Origin: Macrostomum hystrix
Lineage: Eukaryota; Animalia; Platyhelminthes
Length of the DNA: 64,000 nucleotides
Assembly: GCA_950097015.1 (NCBI GenBank)
Contig: CATNEN010000025.1
Location: 8,494,001-8,558,000, forward strand
Direction of reading: 5' to 3'
Shown: positions 50,829-61,858 of the stretch, piece after piece
Layout of the letters: the number at the start of each line of letters is the position of its first letter
Numbering within the stretch: position 1 is the stretch's first letter
Made by a program: the position numbers and the translations under genes
The notes under the pieces: generated by a model
Told to the model about the DNA's origin: nothing
Database searches by the model: none
What the model saw: the letters and a program-made list of their open reading frames with translations, nothing else

Positions 50829-50995
50829 TCGAGAGCCCCAGACTGGGCCTGCGAGGGAGGCCGCAGCAGTCTGGGCAGCGGCGACTTCGCCGACGAAGTC
50901 CGCCGGCTGTCGTCCTGTTCGCAGTTCGACGAGGCTCGCCGGGCTTCTGGCGACCTGCAGCAGCAGAAAGCGGCCAAGACAAAGAAGAAGAGCAT
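50829..50995 (+). CDS. RGS protein, internal exon
   Basis: Acceptor ATCCTCCAG|50829 (phase 0; the exact AG is uncertain). Donor AT|GTGAGC at 50996 is phase 2 and matches the next acceptor. Confidence 0.72.
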
Positions 50996-51773
50996 GTGAG
51001 CAGCCTGCGATTACCTGAGATTTTGTAGCCAATGTCTGGAATAATAAAAGACAATAGCGCGAGTTATTATGAGTATCTAGGCCCGGTGAAGTCCATACTC
51101 AGGTTAGGACATTAAAGGTGATAGGGGGATATAAGCCGTATCAAAGTAGCATCTTGGAACGCAATAAAATCCCATTTTGCCCGCATTTTCCATGTGAATC
51201 AATGCGACTAACCGGGAATTCTTGATCGTTCTAGAAAATACCTGCAAAAAAATAAATCCACGAGCAAAATCAGCTCTATCGGAATAAATTTTTCATTTGT
51301 TTCGTGATTGTCTTTCGGATTGAAATCCCAAAAGTAATTCCCCCCCGCCTTCTCCATGTCTCGCTGACAAGTTTCCCTTCTCTCGCCGCCAGGGCCGCCC
51401 GAATTTACTCCCATATTTCTCGTCGTCTCTAAATCCCCATTTTATTTTTGAAGAAGCGAAGCAACAATGCTCGGAATCAGGAGGGGAAGGCAATTAAGCA
51501 CCCAGTCTGGAGGCTGGGCGGGTCGACTTCTGCTCAACTCCCTGACGTCCCGTGAATAATTTAGGAGGCTGCAGCGGTGGAGACATCAACTACGGATCGG
51601 GAACAGAACAAAACATCGACTCGTCAGCGTAAAGAGTCCCGCGGTTTTCCAATCCTCCGGCTCCCATCCCACTTTTATTCTACTTGTCTCATGTGCCCTG
51701 CGATAGACTAGCGCTTGAGTCAGAAAGTGCACCTGATGATGGAATGTCTAGAGCCATCTTTTATCCATTTTAG

Positions 51774-51916
51774 AGGCGACAAGTTCAGCTTCTTGTCCAG
51801 GAAGTCGGCAGACGCATCGGCGGCTGAGAAATCTTCCGGGCTTCGCGCATTCCGGCCGTCGGCTGAGCAGGTTCAACGCTGGGGCGTCTCCTTTGACTGC
51901 CTGCTGAATGACAAGT
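51774..51916 (+). CDS. RGS protein, exon carrying the start of the RGS domain
   Basis: Acceptor CCATTTTAG|51774, phase 2. RPSAEQVQRWGVSFDCLLNDK is RGS helix 1-2. Donor T|GTAAGA at 51917, phase 1. Confidence 0.9.
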
Positions 51917-52003
51917 GTAAGAGCCGAATCGATTTGATTTAGGAGAATACGATGTTCTTGATTCTTGAAAAAATCTGGAATCTTAGATGGTGAACGTTTG
52001 GGG

Positions 52004-52622
52004 CAGAGAGAATTCAAGTCAAGACCCTTGCTCGCGGTGTACATTGAGGGTCAGAGAGAATTCAAGTCAAGACCCTTGCTCGCGGTGTACATTGAGGGTC
52101 AGAGAGAATTCAAGTCAAGACCCTTGCTCGCGGTGTACATTGAGGGTCAGAGAGAATTCAAGTCAAGACCCTTGCTCGCGGTGTACATTGAGGGTCAGAG
52201 AGAATTCAAGTCAAGACCCTTGCTCGCGGTGTACATTGAGGGTCAGAGAGAATTCAAGTCAAGACCCTTGCTCGCGGTGTACATTGAGGGTCAGAGAGAA
52301 TTCAAGTCAAGACCCTTGCTCGCGGTGTACATTGAGGGTCAGAGAGAATTCAAGTCAAGACCCTTGCTCGCGGTGTACATTGAGGGTCAGAGAGAATTCA
52401 AGTCAAGACCCTTGCTCGCGGTGTACATTGAGGGTCAGAGAGAATTCAAGTCAAGACCCTTGCTCGCGGTGTACATTGAGGGTCAGAGAGAATTCAAGTC
52501 AAGACCCTTGCTCGCGGTGTACATTGAGGGTCAGAGAGAATTCAAGTCAAGACCCTTGCTCGCGGTGTACATTGAGGGTCAGAGAGAATTCAAGTCAAGA
52601 CCCTTGCTCGTAGTGTACACTG
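52004..52622. repeat. 48-bp tandem repeat, about 13 essentially identical copies, in an RGS intron
   Basis: Unit CAGAGAGAATTCAAGTCAAGACCCTTGCTCGCGGTGTACATTGAGGGT; anchors at 52004 and 52052. Confidence 0.96.
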
Positions 52623-52652
52623 AGCTCTTATAATCCAACCCTTAAATTCCAG

Positions 52653-52819
52653 ACGGTCTAGCTCTGTTCAGAGCCTTTCTCAAGACTGAGTACTCGGACG
52701 AGAACATAGAATTCTGGATCGCCTGCGAAGAGTATCGCAGCATAGTCGGACTTAAAAAGCAGACACTGAAAGCGCAGAAGATTTATACTGAGTTTGTAGC
52801 TTTCCAGGCGCCCAGAGAG
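52653..52819 (+). CDS. RGS protein, core RGS-domain exon (absent from the ORF track)
   Basis: Acceptor TTCCAG|52653, phase 1. [28 protein letters not shown]...APRE. Donor GAG|GTAAAT at 52820, phase 0. Confidence 0.95.
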
Positions 52820-52976
52820 GTAAATCGATGATCTAGCTAATATTGATTTTATTTTTCTGGATTAAAATTGTGACTTTGCGAGGGCACTCCGCATTGAATC
52901 TGTCATCTTAAAAAACGTTGCTGTAACCAAGTTAATAAATTTCTACCTGGTGTTTGAACTTCTAACCTCGGCGCAG

Positions 52977-53267
52977 GTGAACTTGGACAGCACGACCCGG
53001 CTGGCAACCATCAACGCAATGGGCAGCCCAGATAGTCATCTGTTCGAGCAGGCGCAGAAACGGATCCAGGCTCTGATGGAGAAGGACTCCTACCAGCGCT
53101 TCCTTCGCTCCGAAGTCTATCAGAGCCTGGTAAAGGACGCTCCCGCACCTGGCACCTCCGCTGCCGCTATGTCCTCGGTTGCTGTAGCCGCCACAGCAGC
53201 CACTGCTACCTCAACCACACCTTCAGCAGCAGCAACAGAGGATCCTGCTCTTCAGCAGGGTAACTGA
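52977..53267 (+). CDS. RGS protein, last exon (R4/B-type RGS domain end plus Ala/Thr tail)
   Basis: Acceptor GCGCAG|52977. VNLDS...LMEKDSYQRFLRS. Stop TGA at 53265-53267. Total CDS 1251 nt = 416 aa. Confidence 0.94.
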   Translation: MNLDSTTRLATINAMGSPDSHLFEQAQKRIQALMEKDSYQRFLRSEVYQSLVKDAPAPGTSAAAMSSVAVAATAATATSTTPSAAATEDPALQQGN

Positions 53268-53611
53268 GGTGGCAGCTTGATGCCAGACTCTCGGCGTGAT
53301 GTTCAAAGTTTGCAGTTGGATTACTTTTCGACTCTAAGCCAGTAGTATAATTAATTTCTGTACTTCTGCGAAGTCTGATTAGGTACAGTTATATGTAAAT
53401 TTATATTGTGTGCTTGAGCCATTCAGACTGGAGCATTCAGAAAGGCTAATTGTATACGACTGTCGAAAAATGAAAGTTAAATTAGAAAAATTTCTAATTT
53501 AAATAGAAATGGAATTACAGTATTTCTAGAGTGCTTACAAAAGATATCGGACATACTAATGTACAAATGTACCAGTTTACTGGCGTTCTAGAGTAGTGAT
53601 GGACTGAAGTA

Positions 53612-53955
53612 CGAGGGTACTGGCGTACTAGGGTACTGGCGTACTAGGGTACTGGCGTACTAGGGTACTGGCGTACTAGGGTACTGGCGTACTAGGGTAC
53701 TGGCGTACTAGGGTACTGGCGTACTAGGGTACTGGCGTACTAGGGTACTGGCGTACTAGGGTACTGGCGTACTAGGGTACTGGCGTACTAGGGTACTGGC
53801 GTACTAGGGTACCTGCGTACCCTAGGGTACGTGCATACTAGGGTACGCTAGTACTCGGGTACGTGCGTAATAGGGTACTTGCTTACTAGGGTGCTTGCGT
53901 GCTAGGGTACTGGCGTAGCAGGGTGCCTGCGTACTAGGGAACGTGCGTACTAGGG
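53612..53955. repeat. 16-bp minisatellite (TACTAGGGTACTGGCG) downstream of the RGS stop
   Basis: About 12 perfect copies, then decay. Confidence 0.92.
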
Positions 53956-55041
53956 TACTTCTAGAGTAAGTATTCTGTAAAACTTTCCAGAGCAGAGGGT
54001 ACTATACTACACCTTTTCACGTTCAATTTTGATCAAATTCCAGTTCTAAAAGAACTAGCGGAAATTCAATTCAGACACTTTGAGCTCGTATGGTCAGTGC
54101 TAACAGAAAAGTAATAAAAACAAGCACCCTTTCAAAAGCAACAGAGCCCATTCAATTCAAACTCGGCTTTTTGTCTCTGGCAAAATATCACCGGCTAGAA
54201 TGTTAGAACTGGAATTTGATCAAAATTGAACGTGAAAAGGTGAAAAGTCGCAGATTGCTAGTACCCATGGTAGTTTGCCAGGAAGGGTATAAATTTCGTA
54301 CAGCAATCGGCGCAACTGATCGCCTGTTCAATACAGCGCGATTCCAAAAATCAATCGATCAGCCCATGCTCATTGGTATGCTCTGCTTGTGGTTCGTAAA
54401 CGATTCGTGGTTCAAGAGTATGAGTATTTTTAATACTTGTTTCGAACGAGTTATTTTTTATAAATACGAATAGGCACTTTCGTGGGCATTACAATTTTTT
54501 TTCAAATCTTCAAACTGATGTTTTTTCTCATTCCACTGTTTTGTTCGATTTCAAATTTATTTTTCTAGTAGTTCAAGATAGTTTGTTTGTCAATAGTTGT
54601 GCAATTGAATTTATACTGTGTGTCGTTAAACTAGCTGTTTTGCCCTGAATTCTTTTCACTTGTTTCATTCATGTACTCGTAGTATTGCCAGTTGCAAATT
54701 CTAATGCACAGACTATTTTGTATTGTATACGAGCAATTGTATTGGATTGCATTGTATTGCTTTATCTGTAATCATTGGATACTTAGAACTAACTACAAAT
54801 TTGAGAAATTTGTACATTGTACACACAGGATCTCAGAAAATTTATTGTGTAATATTTATAAATGATTTTTGACCCGCATTAATCGTTGATTTTAATAGTC
54901 GAAGGAGAAATGCGAAATATACATAGAAAGGACAACCTTGTTAGCTTTGTAAGTTTCAACGTTACAGCCACAGTAACAGCACTTCATGACAGAACTGTTT
55001 GAATCAAACTTCACGCACACACGTGAAGCGTTCCGAGCGTT

Positions 55042-55490
55042 CACTGAAGCACTGGGTGTGAAGGAGTTGATTGGCTGGGGCATGCACTGAAGCACTGGGT
55101 GTGAAGGAGTTGATTGGCTGGGGCATGCACTGAAGCACTGGGTGTGAAGGAGTTGATTGGTTGGGGCATGCACTGAAGCACAGGGTGTGAAGGAGTTGAT
55201 TGGCTGGGGCATGCACTGAAGCACTGGGTGTGAAGGAGTTGATTGGCTGGGGCATGCACTGAAGCACTGGGTGTGAAGGAGTTGATTGGCTGGGGCATGC
55301 ACTGAAGTACTGGGTGTGAAGGAATTGATGGGCTGGGGCATGCACTGAAGCACTGGTGTGAAGGAATTGATGGGCCGGGGCATGCACTGAAGCACTAGTG
55401 TGAAGGAGTTGATTGGCTGGGGCATGCACTGAAGCACTGGGTGTGAAGGAGTTGATTGGCTGGGGCATGCACTGAAGCACTGGGTGTGAA
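55042..55490. repeat. 43-bp tandem repeat (CACTGAAGCACTGGGTGTGAAGGAGTTGATTGGCTGGGGCATG), about 10.5 copies
   Basis: Anchors at 55042 and 55085 onward. Confidence 0.94.
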
Positions 55491-55616
55491 AGAGCATCCC
55501 ATCTGCATGGGGGCTGGGGGCATCCCATCATTAGGCGGTGGGACGTCACGGTCATTGACAGTTTCTATGGTGAGTAAACTAGGAACACTAGATATTATAT
55601 AAATTAATACAGTCGT

Positions 55617-56066
55617 CTAGCCGTCAACAGCCCATCCAGCGGGTAGTTTCACACTGCGGAACGTCAAATTCCTACTAGCCGACGAGCCTGTAGTCAGCGG
55701 ACGCCGTCGCCGACCAGCACTGCCGGCTCCTCTAACGGACGTCTCAGCAGCCTCGACATCAGACTCCTCGTCCGGAGCTGGGATTGCTTCCGCGGCGCCG
55801 CCTCCGACAGCGATGGACAACGACCTGGCGTAATAGTAACTCGAAGCCGACGTCTGTCCATCCCCGTCTGCGCCACCAACGCAAAGCTTAGCGAGACTGT
55901 CGCAGAACTGCTGCACCCGCTCTGGATGCCGTAGTTCGGCACGACGTCGCCTGTCCAGCTCCAGCAGCCGCTGACTGCCAGCTGAACCGTCAGCCGAATC
56001 GGCCACTCGACGCTCAACCGTGGCCAGGAGTTGACTAGTGAGCTGCGGACTGCCAACGCGTTTCGT
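55617..56066 (-). CDS. Uncharacterised protein, exon 2 (joined to 56388-56699; 253 aa total)
   Basis: Pyrimidine-rich acceptor TTCTGTTTTCTGCCACCAACAG|56066 is in phase 0 with the donor at 56387. GC-rich coding composition. Stop TAG at 55617-55619. Confidence 0.68.
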   Translation of the reverse strand, partial: TKRVGSPQLTSQLLATVERRVADSADGSAGSQRLLELDRRRRAELRHPERVQQFCDSLAKLCVGGADGDGQTSASSYYYARSLSIAVGGGAAEAIPAPDEESDVEAAETSVRGAGSAGRRRRPLTTGSSASRNLTFRSVKLPAGWAVDG

Positions 56067-56387
56067 CTGTTGGTGGCAGAAAACAGAATGATGCAGAAGT
56101 TCTGTTAGCAGGGTGGTCGTCAGGATAATTTTGGACAGAGTCGCTTTCCCCAACATTTCTGGTTCGATGTCGCCTGAGGCGTTACGCCATTGTCAGAGCC
56201 AAGTAAGCAGAAACGGGTAAGAGCAGAGATCCCTAATGACCAGAATGAGCTCTTGAGCATTGGCTGTCGTTCGAATCATTCGAAAACCCTCAGTGACTCG
56301 GGAGTTCTAAGACAATCCAAAGAACTAATTAGACCCCATTGATTTTGCTAGTGTATTGGACTTTGACTCGACCAACAGGCGGCTCAC

Positions 56388-56699
56388 CTGGCCCCGCTGG
56401 TGCAGAACAGTCTGCAGGTCGCGCCGCTCCAGCTCCCGTTCAGCTGGCGTAGACCAAGCCGACTGCAGTCGGAGACGCCACCGTCTGGCGGACTCTCGAT
56501 CGCCGCTTCGCTTAGCCAGTGCCGCTCTAGTGGCAGCCAGGCGACGATTGTACAGCCGGAACAGCGCCGCCTGCTCGCTGGCCACGGAGGCGCTGATTAT
56601 GGCGCGGCCGCGATCCAGCTCGGCTAGGCGTTGACGCAGCGCAACGTCCTCCTTGAAGTTGGCCAGGCTCGCTGAATGCTGATGCTGAGCGCCGTTCAT
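56388..56699 (-). CDS. Uncharacterised helical/coiled-coil protein, exon 1
   Basis: ATG at 56699 and consensus donor CAG|GTGAGC at 56387, phase 0. An upstream acceptor TTTTCGCAG|56714 is in frame, so further 5' exons are possible. Confidence 0.68.
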
Positions 56700-57169
56700 T
56701 GTGACTGGGTGTGTCTGCGAAAATATCTCCGATGTGATGCAGCTATTTGTAGACTAGCTGCACACTGGCCAATGTTTGCACAGTTGAGCAAATTTGTCTT
56801 TCTTGGCCCAGCTTGTTTAGCTCTACTTTGCGGCTCATTAAGGTAAATTCTCGCACAGAAGCTGATGCACCTCTGCTATGAATCTCGGGTTATAACCGAG
56901 CAAGCTTACACGCATGAATATTCGAAAGGAAGAATACGCAAGTGATGGGTTTGGGCTATGCTAGGCTATTTGGTTAACTACACCTATAGAGAAACAAGGC
57001 AGCATGTGCTTTATCAGCAATTTGTCGAATTAAATCTGCTAGATCAGGGGTAGGAAATATTTATTCGTGCTACAGGACGTACAGTAGGACGTTCTCCCTC
57101 GGCGTGCCACCGCCGAGCGGCGGTCGGGCCTCGATTTGGACTGGAGGATGGCGGCCGACAGGTTAGCAC

Positions 57170-57380
57170 AATGGCCACAAGACCACTGAGGTACACGAGA
57201 TCAACTGGCATGGAATGTTGTCTGCTAGATTGTCAGCACCTCGATGTCTACCAATGTTATCGTGGCCGACGCTTGGCGCTTACCCCGGCCAACCTGTCGC
57301 TGGGCGTCTTTAAGGAACAAAGACAGAAGGACGAGGTCGTCGGTGTACCCCAGCTCGCTGTCGCGATTCTCGCTGACGCG
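57170..57380 (-). mobile_element. Decayed non-LTR retrotransposon reverse-transcriptase fragment
   Basis: Minus-strand frame SELGYTDDLVLLSLFLKDAQRQ...IEVLTI* (YTDD at 57336-57347, cf. YADD). A shifted frame then reads DLVYLSGLV (cf. DFxYLG). In-frame stops on both sides. Confidence 0.55.
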
Positions 57381-58229
57381 TCAACCGATCCGGGGCACCC
57401 ACTCAGGGGCAGTCTAAAAAGTAGAAAAGAATCTTTACAGCATGAATCGACAACAACGTAGTTCTGTCCTCCGTGAGGTTTCACGGTGCGTGGAAGCGCC
57501 CAGCTTTTCATGGTAGTTTGATCTCAAATCGTCAAAAAGGCTGAGCATGAACTATCAAGGGACTGCTCTAATGCAAGACCTTTCCGTTGGTCGTACAGCT
57601 CAGGGCTAGTCAATTCCATCGTTGGGGTGCTGACTTTAATGAGCTCTACAAGAATGTGCTAGGCTCAGTGGTCGAGAGTTTAAGCTTAAAGTGTTTGATG
57701 TGGGTGATTTTGTGGGTTAGAGAGAATTTGTGTATGAATCAGTAGGCAGCTATATCTCGATACTATCAGCACACCCCTCATAGTAGTGTAGACAGACACG
57801 TATACGCTAGTATATTTGAATGTGCGATCTTGCGCTTGCGCGCCTGATACGAAAAATAGATTAATAAGGAACAAAAATCAACAGAATGAGTCCTTTTTGT
57901 TTTTTTAGCTGACTCGATCGATGCTGAGTCGATCAAGCAAATGTGTATTTCTTAGAAATTTCATTTCCAGGAAGCTTAGACGGAACCACAGAGCATGTGG
58001 CTAAAATTAGGAGAGAAGGCAAGTTCCCTTTTACAGTACAGTTCAAAGCTGTGCCAAAACGAGATCAGTTCTATTATTATAGACTGCATGCAAAATCTTT
58101 ATATAAGTAGTCGGATTCTTTGAATTGCTAATTTTATCATACCCAGAAAACTTACAAAACGAGTGACAAACGAGCACTATACACTCCAGTACTACAATCA
58201 GGTCTGAAATTAGAAAGCTTTATTGAACG

Positions 58230-58243
58230 ATGGCCGATAGCAG
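58230..58243 (+). CDS. SSUH2: SSUH2-like protein, probable 14-nt first coding exon (MADS-R)
   Basis: ATGGCCGATAGCAG|GTGAGT is a consensus donor, phase 2, matching the acceptor at 58335. Confidence 0.6.
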
Positions 58244-58335
58244 GTGAGTTAAAACATTTGGCCAATGCGATCGAAATTATGAATTTATGTTTTGCTTGAT
58301 ATAAGCACTCACACGCAACTAATATGCCTCACAAG

Positions 58336-58498
58336 AAACCAAGAGCCGTACTTCACAGCGCAAAAATGTCACCTGGCTCTGCGGCAGTATTTGAAGAATT
58401 GCAAAAAATCTAAGACATGCCTAGCCATGCTGTGCGAGTGTTTCCGTCCTGGCGACCGCTTTGAAATTGACAAAGTGGAAAACTTTCATGCCTACAAG
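58336..58498 (+). CDS. SSUH2: SSUH2-like protein, exon 2
   Basis: Acceptor CTCACAAG|58336, phase 2. Donor AAG|GTACGA at 58499, phase 0. Confidence 0.72.
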
Positions 58499-58567
58499 GT
58501 ACGAGTCTCTATATCGGAAATAACGTATCTAGACAAATAAACTGAATTGAAAATCTCCCACTTGTAG

Positions 58568-58998
58568 GTCATTCTAGAGTCCGTTCTAGAAGAGCGCAGC
58601 AACTACGAAGCTGAGATGCTCGAAGCTGATGCTAAAACTGCACAGTGCGAGGGGTGCACCTTTCCCGAAGAAGGACGCGAGTTCGAGAGCTGCGAACGAT
58701 TCGTTTCGATTGCTTTACAAGCTAAAGGCCCGAAATGCAGGAGCTGCAGTGAGTGCAACGGCTCTGGTCTGAATTTTTGCAATTGCTGCCACGCCAGAGG
58801 CTACCTTCAATGCGACTGCTGGGAAGAATGCGAGCAGCTGGAGCTGCCATCGGAGTCCATCTATGGCAAGGAGCCCTGCGACTCGTGTGACGGCTACACA
58901 CACTGCTACAGATGCCCAGAGTGTCAGGGTCGGCGTCTTTGTGCTAAATGCAAGGGAGCAGGAAGGACATGTCTGGTGCAATTAGTGAGGATCAATCG
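58568..58998 (+). CDS. SSUH2: SSUH2-like protein, exon 3 (DnaJ-type CxxCxGxG zinc-finger repeats)
   Basis: Acceptor CTTGTAG|58568. Motifs CSECNGSG, CNCCHARG, CPECQG and CAKCKGAG. Donor CG|GTGTGT at 58999, phase 2. Confidence 0.85.
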
Positions 58999-59544
58999 GT
59001 GTGTGAATCCCTTGATCATGGCATTGGTTGTAACAGGGCCATTATCAACCATTTACATTGGGATTCATTTTAATTGCTTTAATTCATGGGCTACACAGAA
59101 GTTATTTACACAGGTATCTAAAAATTGTAATAGATTGAAGACTATTATTCTACTTGGAGAACATTCAAAAGTTCAATGATTACAAGCAGAATAATCTGGC
59201 TTGTCTGCGACACTAGCCAGCCCGACTCTTCTCACTCCGAAACTCTTGTAAAATATAATTGCATTCTCGCTGTTGCCTCAGTGATTAGGGATTAACATTA
59301 AAAAAGTTTGACAGAATCAGTCTGAATAATTTATTTAATCCACAATTCTTCCCATGAATTCTGGCAAATTTCGGCTGGCAAATGTCGCCTTATACATTCA
59401 GAACTTAAAAAATAACAATTTATTGTTTACTAAAGGCCAACTTTGTTTTTAGCGAGGTCTTAGCGAAAAAGTCTGAGCTCGTGCAGTTAGTCCTTGTTCT
59501 TTTTCATAATTAATAAATAAATTCGATTCGCTTCTACTTTGCAG

Positions 59545-59893
59545 CACACTCTTAAGCGATTTCCAAATGGTAGATCTACCTAAACTACTGAAGCAGGATC
59601 CAGCTCTAGTACAGAAGGCATCAAGGGCTGAGGGCATCCCATTCAATGGCAATGAAGGCCTACTGAAGGATGTACCAGCCAGGCTGAAGGAGTCGCATGC
59701 AGAAATCCAGAAGAAGACAGGGCATGTCATGACAAATCAGCGGCTTCTAGCCTATCAAGTGCCAATAGCCAGGGCATCATATAGGTGCAACAATCGACAG
59801 CATGGTGAATTCTGGGTCTTAGGTGTGTCTGATGACTACTGTCACAGCCCCGAACTGCTATGGGCTGCATTCAGCTCCTCCTTCAGCCAGTGA
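59545..59893 (+). CDS. SSUH2: SSUH2-like protein, last exon
   Basis: Acceptor CTACTTTGCAG|59545, phase 2. NQRLLAYQVPIARASY...FWVLG resembles the SSUH2 C-terminal 'QR..i..vPv..v.y....f.v.G' pattern. Total 957 nt = 318 aa. Confidence 0.8.
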
Positions 59894-61858
59894 TTTATTT
59901 CCATATTAAATTAACAAATGACTGTTAATAAAAAAATTTCATTGATCTTATTTGGTGTGGAATTTTGGCTTATTCTACATTCAAATCAATTAAAAAATTA
60001 AGTTCTCTGTCTATTAGAAGCCCCCCACCCTAGATGTATCATTGCAAGAGGAAAACATGTAATTTTCTTCTAACTAGGCATAGTAACAGTATTAACAAAT
60101 AACTATTCAGATTAAATAAAGTTAGTCTAAGGAAAAATCTAGGGATAATCTAGGGATAATCTAGGGAAAACTGTTTACACATTTAAGAGTATACCACTTA
60201 AATATTTTTGGATACTAACATAATTAACTAGTTGCACTTGCCTGACTCTGAAAAATAAAAAAAATTCACTGTTCGGCTATTTATTTGTAATATAAATAAT
60301 TTATTTCTGTTTCTTTACTTTCATGTACCCAATAGCACCCACTTTAAAATCCAGATCAATGTAATACTATGTAGGCCAAATCAACTAGATTCATTAATTA
60401 AACTGATAAATAGGTATAATTTTTGTTGACCAGATAAATTAGGGGTGGGTGTGGTGCCCCCAGCATATTGCCTGAATAGCAGTGTATGCCATGCAATAGC
60501 TACAATTGTGCTATCAATATGAAAATTTAGATAATATGAAAAGCTCTCATTATCATTCTTTGAATATAAAAAGCTAGAAACTATCCCAAGTGTTCTAGAA
60601 TACAATATACTTTGTATAAAAACAAGAAATCATTTCTACTGTGCATAGTATACATCAGTCTTAAAAGGGATCACATTGTTAAAAAGAGTTGGTGATTACT
60701 GTTTACAAGTTTGAACCCTCATATTATAGCTATTATCTCTATCTCCATAAAACTCTAGTCAGACAATTTGTACTTCTTGCCTAACCTTCCTGACCTGACC
60801 TCTTTTCTTGACCAAAATTTTAGAGTCGGTTGGACAAAAAGAAAACAGCTGTAAGAGTATTTTCTATTCAAAGTTAAGCCAATCAGGCTGCCCCTGGCTT
60901 ATGTCTAAGAGCCATTTGGACTGGGGATCAGAGTCAACTGGTGCTACTACAATATACTATAATTCTGTGAACATGATGATATTTACTGACTTGCTAAGTT
61001 CTATAAGTAAGTAAGTTATATCATTGATCCCATTCTTATCTGCAAAAAAAATTGGCAGATTTATTGACATTTGAGCTTATCTAAATTTAAAAATAAATTT
61101 CAGCCTGATTTTTCTTTGTCTATTGACTAGTTCATATCATATCAAACAGATATACTATATAGCCATAGGATTAGCCATATAGGCCTATACAAGCCTAGCC
61201 ATTGTCATTGACTCATTGTAATCCAACTTTTATTGTAACCACAGCTGTCCACTATAAACAAACAGTTTACAGTGCTGCATATATAGAGTAGGATATACCA
61301 GTGTTAAAAGTAAAGATAAACCTGCCCTTATTGATAGGCAAAAAATAAAAGGAGATCAAAGAAAAAATATTTTTGACTAGGCTTAATGTTGGAAAAGGTA
61401 GTTAAATAACCAGCAGTTATTTATTATAATAACTTGCAATGAAATGTATTAACCATTTATTTTTCAGAAATTCATTAAAGCTTTATTTGTTTCTTTATTA
61501 TATATTTTTTATATGGTAGAGATACCAGCAAATTACAAAGTAAAACTATCAGCTAAGCAGGCCCTAATCTATTGGTTCCAACAAGCTAAGTTTGAGTGAC
61601 ATAGTAAACTTTGAAGTATTGTTGATACATATGATTTATGGTACTTCACTAACAATCATTAAGGATACATAGATCTCTACAAGTGGCTAAGACCCTAGAA
61701 AAAATTGCTAGCTAGTCGAGACAAGACAATAATTAAATGAACAAGCTAACCAACTATTTCCTTAACAGTTTTTATTCTAAAGTTGGTGAAATATTTTTAG
61801 TCAGGCAACTCGGTACATCAACTGCAGCCTCGAGGCCATATGTTTGGTGGTAGCAGTT

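Noticed and set aside
55617-56156. 179-aa ORF as a secreted neuropeptide precursor (signal peptide, KR/RR sites, C-x6-C)
   Set aside because: The apparent signal peptide overlaps the polypyrimidine tract of an acceptor at 56067 that joins in frame to the upstream exon. No amidated or repeated mature peptides are present.
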